Part shown: piece by piece, positions 1 to 10,215 of the stretch
How the letters are laid out: each line of letters begins with the position of its first letter
Numbering within the stretch: position 1 is the first letter of the stretch
Source of the DNA: an uncultured Gemmatimonadaceae bacterium
Lineage (GTDB): Bacteria > Gemmatimonadota > Gemmatimonadetes > Gemmatimonadales > Gemmatimonadaceae
NCBI GenBank assembly: GCA_963822945.1
Contig: CAWGJO010000021.1
Location: 256,001-320,000 of the forward strand
Reading direction: 5' to 3'
Length of the DNA stretch: 64,000 bases
Made by a program: the position numbers and the translations under genes
Notes under the pieces: model-generated
Told to the model about the DNA's origin: nothing
Seen by the model: the letters and a program-made list of their open reading frames with translations, nothing else
The model's database searches: none

Positions 1-54
1 GAAAAGTACACGGTCTGGGCGCCGACCCTGCTGTTCAGCGTCACGTATCACTGA
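1..54 (+). CDS. 3' end of a gene starting before the window (…EKYTVWAPTLLFSVTYH*)
   Basis: Frame 1 is open with GC-biased codons up to TGA at 52-54; alternating hydrophobic terminal strand. Confidence 0.45.
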   Translation, partial: EKYTVWAPTLLFSVTYH

Positions 55-114
55 CAGGCCTCAGCCCCCGCCGGCTTTCCCCTCGGCCCGAGCGACGCTA
101 CGCTTCGGGCCGTC

Positions 115-1511
115 ATGTCGATCGCGTTCACGCTCAATGGCCGGCACATCGACGCCGACGGCGCCGACCCCCACCAACCACTGCTGCACTTTCTGCGGGC
201 CCGCGGCCTGACGGGCACCAAGGAAGGCTGCGCCGAGGGCGAGTGCGGCGCCTGCGCCGTGGTGCTCGTCACCCGGGACGCCGAAGGCCGCGCGCGCTAC
301 CAGCCGGTCAACAGTTGTCTGCTGTTGCTCGGTTCCGTGGCGGGTCAGGAAGTCTGAGCGTGGAGGGGCTGGCGCGGGACGGCGAGCTCCACCCGGTGCA
401 ACAGACCATGGTGAAGCACGGTGGCTCGCAGTGCGGCTACTGCACGCCGGGCTTCGTGATGAGCTTGTTCGCCGAGTACCACCGGCCCGAGCGAGACGGC
501 TTCGACCTGGAAGCCATTTCCGGCAATCTGTGCCGCTGCACGGGCTACCGCCCGATCCGCGATGCCGCGCAGGGGCTGCGGCCCGGCGCCCGCCGACGAT
601 CCATTTCAAGCGCGTTTGGCGCGGCCAGCTCCCGAGCTGGCCGCGGTGTCGCTCGAAAACGGCAGGAGCTACTTCCGCCCCACCCAGCTCTCCGACGTGT
701 TTCGGCTGCAAGCGGCCCATCCCGAGGCACGCCTCGTCGCCGGTGGCACCGACGTCGTGGTGGACATGAACCAGCGCGGTCGTCCGCTTCGACACGTTGA
801 TCTCCCTCGAGAACGTCGCGGAGCTGCGCACGCCACGGAATGGACGGCCGAGCGCGTGCGCATCGGCGCCGGCGTTCCGCTCAGCGACGTGGAGCGCTTC
901 GTAGCGGGACGCCTGCCGCTCCTGGAGCAGCTGTTCCCGCTGTTTTCCTCCCGCCTGATCCGCAATCGCGCCACCTTCGGCGGCAACCTGGCCACGGCTT
1001 CGCCCATCGGCGACGGCCCACCGGCGCTGCTTGGCCCTGGACGCCGACGTGGAGCTGTCCAGCGCGAGCGGCGCCCGCACCGTGCCCTCGAAGGAGTTCT
1101 TCACGGGCTACCGCAAGACCCGAGCTCGAGGCCGGGGAGGTGCTGAGCGGCATCGTGATCCGGCCTGCCGCTGCCCCAGCATCAGCGCTTCTACAAGGTG
1201 AGCAAGCGCAAGCTGGACGACATCTCCACCGTGGCCGCTGCCTTCGCTCTGTCGATGGCGGCAGCGGAACCGTGGCAAAGCTCAGCTTGGCCTTCGGCGG
1301 CGTGGCGGCCACGCCGGTTCGCGCCAACGAAGCCGAGCAAGCCGTGCTCGGCCAGCGGTGGAACGAGGCCACGGTGGAGCGCGCTGCGGCGGTCTTGGAG
1401 CGCTCCTTTTCGCCCATCGACGACCACCGCGGCAGCGCGGCCTATCGCCGGGCGATGGTCACGCAGCTGTTGCGCAAGTTCTACGCAGAGACTCAGGGAG
1501 GCGCGTCATGA
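115..1511 (+). CDS. xdhA: Xanthine dehydrogenase small subunit (2Fe-2S + FAD), several frameshifts
   Basis: GTKEGCAEGECGAC, GSQCGYCTPGF, SGNLCRCTGYRPI, IRNRATFGGNLATASPIGD, SKRKLDDIS and PIDDHRGSAAYR are spread over consecutive ORFs. Confidence 0.93.
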
Positions 1512-3824
1512 CGGCACTGGGCAGCCGGCATCTCGCACGAGAGCGCCCGCGGCCACGTGACCGGGGACGCTCTTTACACCGACGATCTCGCTCTCCGACA
1601 CCCGGGCACGCTCCACGCCTGGCCAGTCACCGTGCCCCACGCTCACGCGCGCATCACGCGCATCGTCGCCAGCGAAGCGCGGGCGCTGCCTGGGCGTGGT
1701 GCTGGTGCTGGGCGCCGAGAGCGTTCCCGGCGAAAACGAATTGGGCGCTTCGCGCCGCGACGAGCCGCTGTTCCCCTCGGAGGTCATGTACCACGGGCAG
1801 GCCGTGGCCTGGGTCATCGCCGAAACGGAGGAGCAGGCCCGCCAGGCCGCCGCGAAGGTCACGGTGGAAGCCGAGCTTTGCCCGCGATCCTGAGCATCGA
1901 AGACGCCATCGCTCAACAGAGCTTTCTCACCGACGCGCTCACCATTCGGCGCGGGGATCCGGACACCGCGCTGAGCCAGGCACCTCACCGACTGAGCGGC
2001 GAGATCCACATCGGCGGCCAGGAGCACTTCTATCTCGAAGCGCACGCGGCCTTCGCGGTGATGGACGAAACGGGGCACGTCTTGGTGCATTCCAGCACCC
2101 AACACCCGTCCGAAACTCAGGAGATCGTCGCCCGCGTGCTGGGCGTCCCGAAGAACGCCGTCACCGTGCAGTCCCTGCGCATGGGCGGTGCCTTCGGCGG
2201 CAAGGAGGTGCAGGCCAACGGCTTCGCCGCCGTGGCAGCCGTCGCCTGCGCAAAGACCGGACGGCCCGTACGCGTGCGCCTCGACCGCCTGCACGACATG
2301 ACCTTGAGCGGCAAGCGTCACCCGTTCTTGGGTCGGTTCGACGTCGGCTTCGACGACGACGGCAAGCTCAGCGCTGCCAAGTTCGCGCTGTTTGCCGATG
2401 GCGGCTGGAGCTTGGACCTGACCGAGCCCATCGTGTACCGCGCGATGTTTCACGTCGACAATTGCTACAACGTGCCTGCACTGGAAGTCGTGGGCCGCGG
2501 CTGCCGCACGAACAAGACGTCGCAAACCGCATTCCGGGGCTTCGGAGGTCCTCAGGGCATGGTCGTCATCGAAGACGTGCTCGACCGCGTGGCCCGTAGC
2601 CTCGGTTTGCCGCCTCACGAAGTCAGGCACAAGAACTTCTATCGCGAAGGTGACCAGACCCACTACGCGGAGGACGTGCGGGACGCCTCGCGGATAGAGC
2701 GGATCTGGAAAGAGCTGTCCGAAAGCAGCGCCTTCGCCGAGCGGCAGAAGCAGATCGCCGAGTTCAACGCGAACAGCCCGAACACCAAGCGCGGGCTGGC
2801 CATCACGCCGGTGAAGTTCGGCATCTCCTTCACGGCAACCTTCTTCAACCAGGCCGGCGCGCTGGTGCTCGTGTACCAGGACGGAAGCGTGCAGGTGAAC
2901 CACGGCGGCACGGAGATGGGCCAGGGGCTGCACACCAAGGTGATGCAGGTCGCGGCGCACACCCTGGGCGTGCCGCTCGATCGGGTTCGCATGATGCCCA
3001 CGCGCACGGACAAGGTGCCGAACACCTCGGCCACGGCGGCGTCGAGCGGCTCGGATCTCAACGGCGCCGCGGTGAAGCTCGCCTGCGAAGCCATCCGCGA
3101 GCGCCTGGCGGACGTGGCGGCGCTGGAGCTCGGCGGAGCCGCCGCCGACATCGTGTTCGAGGACGGCCAAGTGTTCGCGCGGCAGAGCCCGGGCAAGAAG
3201 CTGAGCTTCGGCGACGTCACGCACCGCGCGTACATGGCGCGCATCCCGCTGTTTTCTTCGGGCTATTACCGCACGCCGGACATCTACTTCGACAAGCAGA
3301 GCGGAACCGGCAAGCCGTTCCACTACTACGCCTACGGCGCCGCGGTGACGGAGGTGGAGGTGGACGGCTTCACCGGGATGTACGAGTTTCGGCGAGTGGA
3401 CATCCTTCACGACGTCGGGGACTCGCTGTCGCCGCTGGTGGATCGCGGCCAGGTCGAGGGCGGTTTCATCCAAGGCTTGGGCTGGCTGACCCTGGAGGAG
3501 CTGGTGTGGGACGCGGAGGGACGCTTTGCCACTCGCGGCGCGTCCACCTACAAGCTTCCGGGTATGGGCGAATGCCCGGTGACGTTCAACGTGAAGCTCC
3601 TGGACCGCGCCGCGGAGCCGACCGTCGTGTACGGCAGCAAAGCCGTGGGCGAGCCGCCCTTGATGTTGGCCATCAGCGCGCGCGAAGCGCTGCGGGAGGC
3701 GGTCGCCGCCTTCGGCGCGGACGGCATCGTGGAGCTGGGCTGCCCGAGCACGCCGGAAGCCGTCTTCTTTGCCATCGAGCGCTTGCGCTCGGGCGGCAAG
3801 GCCGCCAAACGCGCCGCCGAGTAG
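1508..3824 (+). CDS. xdhB: Xanthine dehydrogenase molybdopterin-binding subunit, frameshifts near the 5' end
   Basis: GGQEHFYLE, RMGGAFGGKE, TAFRGFGGPQG, GGTEMGQGLHTK, SKAVGEPP; ATGA overlap with the xdhA stop. Confidence 0.95.
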
Positions 3825-3825
3825 C

Positions 3826-4584
3826 TCAGTAGTCTTCGCAGACGTACACGACTTTGGCGCTGCAAGCGGTCTCGTGCCACGTACCGTCGGCACTCATCTG
3901 CATGCAGTCGTTGGCGTCCTTGCCCGTCGGATCGTTCGGCCCCCAGTTGGTGTACACGCCGCCCACCGGGCTGCCGTTGGCGCCGCCGGTCCAGAACGCC
4001 GTACCGTCCGGCCACTCCCAGCTTCCCTCCGTGGTCCAGTCCGTGGCCCCCAGCCACAGCGCGCCCATGCCGAGGGACGTGGCCGTCGAGCGCAGCCAGT
4101 CGTTTTCCGTGGCATCGTTGGGGCGTGCCGGTTTCATGTTTTGATTGATGCAGTCTTCGGCGGCCAAGCTCAACGTCGTCTGGTTGGCGCAAAACGCATA
4201 CCCGTGGTTGTCGAATTTGTGCCCGACGCACCCGGCGCTGCACACGCCGCCGTTGTCTGCGGTGCCGTCGCAGTCGTCGTCTTCCCCATTGCAAACCTCG
4301 GCGCCGCACGTCGTTCCGCCACTGCCGCCGCCGGCCCCACCGCCGCCGTCCGGAGCGGCGCCCGCCGCTCCGCCAGGAAAGCCGCCGCCGCTGCCCCCCG
4401 AGGGAAAGCCTCCCCCGGCGCCCGCGCCGCCGCTGCCTCCGCCTGCTGCGTCGCCGGCGGCGGCGTCCGTCATTCCCGCTGAGCCACCACTCCCCGGCAG
4501 GTCCCCATCGACCGGCTCGCTCGACGCGCAAGCGCAAGCGACCGAGCTGGCAAAGGCGAGCAGGCAGAGGCGGACAGCCAGCAT
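3826..4584 (-). CDS. Lipoprotein with Gly-rich linker, a MopE-like Cys/Asp repeat and a C-type lectin domain
   Basis: Signal peptide ending ACAC; EVCNGEDDDCDG; LWLGATD..EGSWEW.DG, YTNW, WHETAC, YVCE lectin motifs. Confidence 0.8.
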   Translation of the reverse strand: MLAVRLCLLAFASSVACACASSEPVDGDLPGSGGSAGMTDAAAGDAAGGGSGGAGAGGGFPSGGSGGGFPGGAAGAAPDGGGGAGGGSGGTTCGAEVCNGEDDDCDGTADNGGVCSAGCVGHKFDNHGYAFCANQTTLSLAAEDCINQNMKPARPNDATENDWLRSTATSLGMGALWLGATDWTTEGSWEWPDGTAFWTGGANGSPVGGVYTNWGPNDPTGKDANDCMQMSADGTWHETACSAKVVYVCEDY

Positions 4585-4642
4585 TGGCGAGAGCGTAGCA
4601 CGCACGCCGACGGTGGTAGCCGCACGCGTGATAGGCTCAGGC

Positions 4643-5971
4643 ATGCGACCCGTAGTCTTGGCGAGCATCGTCGCGCTCCCGCTGACGCTGGGCTGCGGCA
4701 GCGACGACGGCAGCGGAAGTGGACCGCCGGCGGGCGGCGCCGCCGGCAGTGCGGGCTCGGCCGCCGGCGGCAACGGTGGCGTCGGCGCCACGGACGCGGG
4801 GTTTCCGTCAGGCGGAGCCGGCGGCAACGCGGGCAGCAGCGGCAACGCGGGCAGCAGCGGCAACGCGGGCAGCAGCGGCAACGCGGGCAGCGGCGGGTCG
4901 GGAGGGGATCCCAACTACACCGCCGACGGCTGCTTCAAATGGACGGAGCAGCTCTCGCTACAAGCTGCCGTCGATCAACACGACTGCGTCGAGGTCCAGC
5001 CCGGAACCTACACCCTGACTCAAACCGTGGCCGTCAAGCCCGGCCACACTCTCCGAGGAGTGAGCGCTGCGCAGTCCATCCTGAAGGCGAGCCAGAGCGC
5101 GTGGACCTTCGGTTGCTGCGACGCCATGATCAGCGACACTCTTCCCGCAACGCCGGAAGCCAACCCTTTCCACGTTCAGAAGCTCACCTTGGACGGCGCG
5201 GGCGTGGCGACCTACAACGTCTGCTGCCGCGGCTATGTGGTGGAAGACTCCGTGCTCGAGAACTCGCGCTGCTCCGCCATCGGCGCCGCGGGCAAGGGCG
5301 TGACGGCGAAGAACAACCAGATGCTCTACAGCGCCCAGCCCACCAACGTGCCGGGCAAGGGCAGCGTGAGCTGCGCGACTGGCGGTTTCGGCGGCGTTGC
5401 CGAAGGCGCCGCCATCTACTCCGAGGCCAAAGCCGCCACTCTTGGCACCGTGATTGACGGCAACACCATCAAGTTCAGCTTCGGACCCGCCATGGACATC
5501 AACGGCGCCTGGGGCGGCGTGTTCACCAACAACCAGGTGTCCGACAACACGGCGTGGGCCGCGGTCAGCCTGTATGGCGCCAGCAACTGGCTGATCCAGG
5601 GCAACACCATCAGCCATCCGGCGACGGAGCCGCCCCAGCCGTACCATCCGTATTGCGCCACCGGCCCGAATGGCGGGCACTCCGCCGGCATCTTCCTGTG
5701 CCAGGACACGGACGCGAACAACCTCGTCGTCAACGGCAACACCATCACCGGCAACAAGACCAGCAGCTTCTACGGCATCCTCAGCGTGGGCGCGGACGAG
5801 GTGAAGGCGTACTGGGCCCCGCGCAACAACACGTTCTCCGGCAACGACGTGTTCGGCAGCAACGTCGGCTGCGCCGACGACTTCAAGCCCGGCCAGTGGC
5901 TCACGGACAAGAACGACTGGACCGGTAACAACTGCCAAGGCTCCCCGAACACGGGCCCCAGCTACTTCTGA
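4643..5971 (+). CDS. Lipoprotein with right-handed parallel beta-helix (pectin lyase-like) domain
   Basis: MRPVVLASIVALPLTLGC lipobox, Gly-rich linker, VQPGTY, repeated I.GNTI/NN.F.GN motifs. Confidence 0.75.
   Translation: MRPVVLASIVALPLTLGCGSDDGSGSGPPAGGAAGSAGSAAGGNGGVGATDAGFPSGGAGGNAGSSGNAGSSGNAGSSGNAGSGGSGGDPNYTADGCFKWTEQLSLQAAVDQHDCVEVQPGTYTLTQTVAVKPGHTLRGVSAAQSILKASQSAWTFGCCDAMISDTLPATPEANPFHVQKLTLDGAGVATYNVCCRGYVVEDSVLENSRCSAIGAAGKGVTAKNNQMLYSAQPTNVPGKGSVSCATGGFGGVAEGAAIYSEAKAATLGTVIDGNTIKFSFGPAMDINGAWGGVFTNNQVSDNTAWAAVSLYGASNWLIQGNTISHPATEPPQPYHPYCATGPNGGHSAGIFLCQDTDANNLVVNGNTITGNKTSSFYGILSVGADEVKAYWAPRNNTFSGNDVFGSNVGCADDFKPGQWLTDKNDWTGNNCQGSPNTGPSYF
4823..4893 (+). repeat. 18-bp tandem repeat (GGCAACGCGGGCAGCAGC, about 4 units) encoding the GNAGSS linker
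   Basis: Directly visible, in frame inside the lipoprotein. Confidence 0.85.
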
Positions 5972-5976
5972 GAACT

Positions 5977-6003
5977 TGTTGGTCCGCCGGGGAAGCGCCG
6001 CGG
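5977..6003. repeat. REP-like 27-bp repeat unit TGTTGGTCCGCCGGGGAAGCGCCGCGG between convergent genes
   Basis: 2 mismatches to the reverse complement of 40145-40171; related unit at 14983-15009; GTCCGC…GCGGAC hairpin. Confidence 0.7.
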
Positions 6004-6007
6004 ACGC

Positions 6008-7207
6008 TCAGAAGTGGTCCTTGGGGGGGCTGCTGCCGAGCGTGACATCGTCGACCAGTACGCGCGCACGCTCGAGGTAGCCCGGCTTCGCCTTGTTGTG
6101 GTCGGGCGTGGGGTGCCAACCCAGTAGCGGGCGGCTGCGGTAGCGTACGGGCCAGGCAGGCTCTTGCCCGAGCCTTTCTTGGGCCAGGGCGATGGCCAGC
6201 GGGCGGAACCAGGTCGACCAGGCGTCGCTCTGGTTGCTGTCGACTCGCAGGGTGCTGAGGCCGCTGTAGACGACCTGACGATGCTTGGCGCGGCGCTGGG
6301 GCGAAGTCCAGCAGTAGCCGCCGTCCGGTCGCCGGCTGGCGCGCAGCGCCGGAAGGGCGCGCGCGAGGGCGTCGCGCACTTCGCGCTCCTGCCTGGAGCC
6401 GTCGGCCTCGAGCTTGGCGAGAATGTCGATGGCGTCCAGGTCCTCGCACGACCCGCCGCCGGGCGCGCTCCACAGTCCGGTGCTCTCTTGCAGCTTCAGT
6501 GTGGAGGCGACGGCGGCGGACTGATGGAAGATGGGCCTGCCCAGGTACTGGTAGAAGCCGTAAACATGAAACGCTCCCGCCATCCCGTTGAACAGGGAGG
6601 CGCCTTGTTGCGTTCCCCAGTAGCCGGTCTTGGGATCCTGACGCTTGTCGAGCCAGTCGAGGACGCGATGGGCGGCCGGCGAGCTCGAACCCTCGGCTTC
6701 AATCAAGAAGTAGAGCAGGAACATCACGTAGTTGCTGGCGAACCAGAAGTCGTCGAAGCCCAACGTCCCCAGCCAAGGCATCACCACCGAATCCGAGGTG
6801 AAGGGCTCGATGAAAGACAAGCGCTGTGGTGGCTCGGCATCCAGCGCGTCGAGCGCATGCAGTGCGAAGTAGGTCTCCTGCCACGACAAATAGGTGGGAG
6901 TGAACTTCCGCAAGTTCAGCACGATACTGTCGCCGTGCTGCGGATCGCGGAACGTTCCGTCGGGCTGCTGGCAGCTGGAGATGGACTCAATCAGCTCCCG
7001 GCGGCGCTGCGCCGGAAGCCCTGGCAGCGCCCCGAGCGTCTCTTGCGCCAGCACTCCAAAGCAGGTTGCCAACAACGTCTTGGGACAGCCCACGGCAAAG
7101 CGATAGCCGCCGTCACACCCGAGCGCCTGCTCCAGGAAGCGTGCGGTGTGTTCCATGTCCGCGCGAGTTTCGCGACGTGGGGCTTCGAGAGTGGCGGCGA
7201 CCTTCAT
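6008..7207 (-). CDS. Prenyltransferase/squalene-oxidase-repeat (alpha/alpha toroid) protein
   Basis: Repeated Q.PDG[TG]F-type motifs: SCQQPDGTF, WLDKRQDPKTGYWG, LKLQESTGLW, SRRPDGGY. Confidence 0.65.
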   Translation of the reverse strand: MKVAATLEAPRRETRADMEHTARFLEQALGCDGGYRFAVGCPKTLLATCFGVLAQETLGALPGLPAQRRRELIESISSCQQPDGTFRDPQHGDSIVLNLRKFTPTYLSWQETYFALHALDALDAEPPQRLSFIEPFTSDSVVMPWLGTLGFDDFWFASNYVMFLLYFLIEAEGSSSPAAHRVLDWLDKRQDPKTGYWGTQQGASLFNGMAGAFHVYGFYQYLGRPIFHQSAAVASTLKLQESTGLWSAPGGGSCEDLDAIDILAKLEADGSRQEREVRDALARALPALRASRRPDGGYCWTSPQRRAKHRQVVYSGLSTLRVDSNQSDAWSTWFRPLAIALAQERLGQEPAWPVRYRSRPLLGWHPTPDHNKAKPGYLERARVLVDDVTLGSSPPKDHF

Positions 7208-7271
7208 GCGCGAATGAACCGTTCGGCTCAAGCGTGCGTCGTGGTCCCTACCGACGCAAGAGCGGCTCGAG

Positions 7272-7291
7272 GTGTAGCAATTTTGCAACAC
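7272..7291. promoter_or_regulatory. Imperfect palindrome (GTGTAGCAA-TT-TTGCAACAC), candidate operator between divergent genes
   Basis: AT-rich inverted repeat in the divergent intergenic region. Confidence 0.4.
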
Positions 7292-7329
7292 TAGCGACCA
7301 GGGCGTTTCCGCACGGATCGACCGTTTCG

Positions 7330-7357
7330 TTGACAGGAAAGTGCCGGGCGCTATAGG
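7330..7357 (+). promoter_or_regulatory. Candidate sigma70 promoter TTGACA-N16-TATAGG
   Basis: Perfect -35 hexamer upstream of the radical SAM gene, which has an AAGGAG RBS. Confidence 0.45.
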
Positions 7358-7407
7358 AACGCGGATTGCACCAGTCCGCGCGGCCGATCGCCCAAGGAGT
7401 GCCCCTG

Positions 7408-8634
7408 ATGAAGGTTCTACTAGTCAACAACGGCGACAGCAACGCGAACTTCTCGACAAACGAACGTCGCTTCCCCATCGGCCTCGGTTACCTGTCGGCG
7501 GTGCTCAAGAAGGAAGGGCACTCGGTGCAGCTCGTCGACCGCTTCGCGGATCGCGGTGCGTGGGTCGACGGTGACGTGAACGAGTTCGACTTCGTCGGCG
7601 TGTACACGAGCACGCCGTGCTACGAGGACGCCCTCGCCGTGGTGGACCTGCTGGAGGACTTCAAAGGCACCGTCGCCTTTGGCGGTCCGCACACCACCGC
7701 GTTCCCCACCACGGTGCCGCCGCGGGTGGACTACGTCGTCCAAGGCGAGGCGGAATACATCATCAACGACCTGGTTCATGGAAAGTTCCCTCGCGGAACT
7801 TTGATCCGAACCCAGCGGATCGAGAACCTGGATGCGATGCCGCGGGCGGATTACGACCTATTTTTGGACAAGCCTCGGGACTACACCTGGGAGATCCCCT
7901 TCACGGACATCAAGCCGATCTACTTGATGAACACCTCGCGGAGCTGCCCCTACACCTGCAGCTTCTGCACGGTTCGTGACATCTGGGGCGTGCTGTGGAC
8001 CTCCCAGAGCGCCGAACGCGTAGTGGACGACATCGAGTACCTGGTCAAGACCTACGACCCGGCCGGCGTCTACTTCCGGGAGGACATCTTCACCGCGAAC
8101 AAGAAGCGCGTAGTCGAGATTTGCGAGCTGATTCTCAAGCGCAACATCAAGATCAATTGGGCTTGCGAGACCCGCGTGGACCTCGGGTCGGAAGAGGCGT
8201 TCATCGAGCTGATGGCTCGAAGCGGATGTCGGGGCATCTACGTCGGCGCTGAGAGCGGTAGCCAGCGGATGCTCGACTTCTACAACAAACAGATCAAGGT
8301 CGAGCAAATTCGCGACACCGTGAAATGGGCCAAAAAGCACGGCATTGTCACGGCCATGTCCTTGATCGTGGACCACCCGAAAGAGACCTGGAAGGACAAG
8401 CTCGATACCTGGAAGCTGGTGAAGACCTCGCGTCCCGAGATCGTGTGGAAGAACCCCTACCGGGACGACGTGACCCGTCACGGCACCACCAAGTTCCCCA
8501 CCTACGATCCCCGCGAGATGATCGAGGTGAAGTTCGAGAACGGCACCTGGCGTGGGCAGAGTGACCGCTTGGTTCCCAGCAAGAGCTTGGTTAAGGGGCA
8601 GCGGGACAGCGACGGCGCTTCCTGTAGTGCCTGA
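7408..8634 (+). CDS. Cobalamin-binding radical SAM protein
   Basis: PIGLGYLSAVLK, FGGPHTT, VVQGEAE, SRSCPYTCSFC (CxxxCxxC), VGAESGSQRML. Confidence 0.92.
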   Translation: MKVLLVNNGDSNANFSTNERRFPIGLGYLSAVLKKEGHSVQLVDRFADRGAWVDGDVNEFDFVGVYTSTPCYEDALAVVDLLEDFKGTVAFGGPHTTAFPTTVPPRVDYVVQGEAEYIINDLVHGKFPRGTLIRTQRIENLDAMPRADYDLFLDKPRDYTWEIPFTDIKPIYLMNTSRSCPYTCSFCTVRDIWGVLWTSQSAERVVDDIEYLVKTYDPAGVYFREDIFTANKKRVVEICELILKRNIKINWACETRVDLGSEEAFIELMARSGCRGIYVGAESGSQRMLDFYNKQIKVEQIRDTVKWAKKHGIVTAMSLIVDHPKETWKDKLDTWKLVKTSRPEIVWKNPYRDDVTRHGTTKFPTYDPREMIEVKFENGTWRGQSDRLVPSKSLVKGQRDSDGASCSA

Positions 8635-8656
8635 CTTGGCAGCGGGCTGAGCCGCA

Positions 8657-9361
8657 GTGCTGGGTCGTCTCGAGCGCTGGCTAGAAGCGCGACTCCTGAA
8701 CCGGACTTTCGAGCGCTGGACGGCGGATCTGCCCATGCGCTCACGCGTCGACACCGTCCTGAGCCTTCGCCCCGAAGACTTGGGGCTGTCCGCCGGAGAG
8801 GACGACGAGCGCGGATTGCCCGGCAATCGCGAGTTCATGGAGTCGGGCTGGTACAAGCACATGCTGTGTCGCTACCTGCTGGCGATGGACTGGTCCGCGG
8901 GCAAACGGGTACTCGACAGTTGTTCCGGCCTGGGCTGGGGTAGCTACTTGGTTGCGGGTGCAGCGCGACAGGTCGTAGGCGTCGATCGCGACGCGGAAGC
9001 GATCGACTTCTGCCGCCGTCGCTGGACCGATGACAACCTGGAGTTCGTGGAAGGCAGCGTGCTTGCCCTGCCCTTCGAGGACGAGAGCTTCGACGTGGTG
9101 ATGTGCATGGAAGCCATCGAGCACTTCAGCGTGGAGGACGGCCGCCGGTATCTGGCGGAACTGCGCCGCGTGTGCCGGCCGGGAGGCGTGCTGGTGGGGA
9201 GCTCCGCCTTCCCGAAGACGCGCACTGCCGCGGACGAGCTGTGCGCCAAGAACGAGTTCCACCTGTACGTGTACACGCGCGCGGAAATGCAGCAATTGCT
9301 GCGACAATTCGGCTCGCCCCGGCGCCTCACCCGCCACTACTTCGCAGCGGAAAAATCCTAG
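8657..9361 (+). CDS. Class I SAM-dependent methyltransferase
   Basis: VLDSCSGLGWGS, LPFEDESFDVV, EAIEH, RVCRPGG. Confidence 0.9.
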   Translation: MLGRLERWLEARLLNRTFERWTADLPMRSRVDTVLSLRPEDLGLSAGEDDERGLPGNREFMESGWYKHMLCRYLLAMDWSAGKRVLDSCSGLGWGSYLVAGAARQVVGVDRDAEAIDFCRRRWTDDNLEFVEGSVLALPFEDESFDVVMCMEAIEHFSVEDGRRYLAELRRVCRPGGVLVGSSAFPKTRTAADELCAKNEFHLYVYTRAEMQQLLRQFGSPRRLTRHYFAAEKS

Positions 9362-10212
9362 CGGCGCGCGGCGCGCGGAAAATCCAGGGACCTGAGCGGA
9401 GCGTAGCGCGGCAGCCCGCGTATGCGGGCCTCGCGCTCCTTCTGCTTCTCCCGTTGGCTGGAGATCAGTGAGCCGCCGTGCAGGTTGTACACGTAGGTTA
9501 CGCGCTCCACGTGGCGGGCGTGGTGACCGGCCAGCTCCAACATCGGAAAGTAGTGAGCCATGTCTACGGAGGACCGGAAGTACTCGCCGGTATCCGGATC
9601 GATCAGGCTTTCGTCCAGCACGTGCTCGAACAACTCCCGGCGGAACGAGTGAAGGTGCGACGAGATCCAGCGATAGTCGCGATAGCTGGCCCGGGCAACC
9701 ACCCGCCTGGGGAGCCGCTCGCTGTTGGCCGACGGGCGCCCGTCGGGAAACCGCCAAGAGTTGTATGTCATCCACAGCTCGCGGTCGCGATACAGCACGT
9801 CGAGGTAGGCCAGCACCCGAGGATCCGGCAACCAGTCATCCCCATCCACCTGCAACACGATGCTTCCTGTCGGTGCTTCGCGGAACCCCGCGGTCAGGTT
9901 TGCGCAGCCGCCGAGGTTCTCCGTGTTCCGGCGGTATTCGACGTTGTCGATCCCGTGGGTGCGAAGGGCATCGCGCACGACGCGTTCGGTGTCGTCACTG
10001 GACGCGTCGTCGATCAGCACATGGCGGTAAAGGTCCTTCGGATAGCGTTGGGAGGCAACGGACCGAATGTGCCGCTCCAGGAAGGGTGCCGCCTGATACG
10101 CCGTCGAGACGATCCAGAAAAAGTGGACCGGCTCTTCGCGGGACAGAGCGAGCTTGGCGTCGGCGACCAGACCCGCCACGGCTCGCTTCAGCTTGCGGAC
10201 CCGCGCCCCCAT
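9358..10212 (-). CDS. Glycosyltransferase family 2
   Basis: IDDASSDDT, VDGDDWL. Confidence 0.88.
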   Translation of the reverse strand: MGARVRKLKRAVAGLVADAKLALSREEPVHFFWIVSTAYQAAPFLERHIRSVASQRYPKDLYRHVLIDDASSDDTERVVRDALRTHGIDNVEYRRNTENLGGCANLTAGFREAPTGSIVLQVDGDDWLPDPRVLAYLDVLYRDRELWMTYNSWRFPDGRPSANSERLPRRVVARASYRDYRWISSHLHSFRRELFEHVLDESLIDPDTGEYFRSSVDMAHYFPMLELAGHHARHVERVTYVYNLHGGSLISSQREKQKEREARIRGLPRYAPLRSLDFPRAARR

Positions 10213-10215
10213 CGC

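Noticed and set aside
1506..3893. Long antisense ORFs (this 795-aa one and many others in the track)
   Set aside because: Shadow ORFs caused by GC3-biased codon usage opposite well-identified genes.
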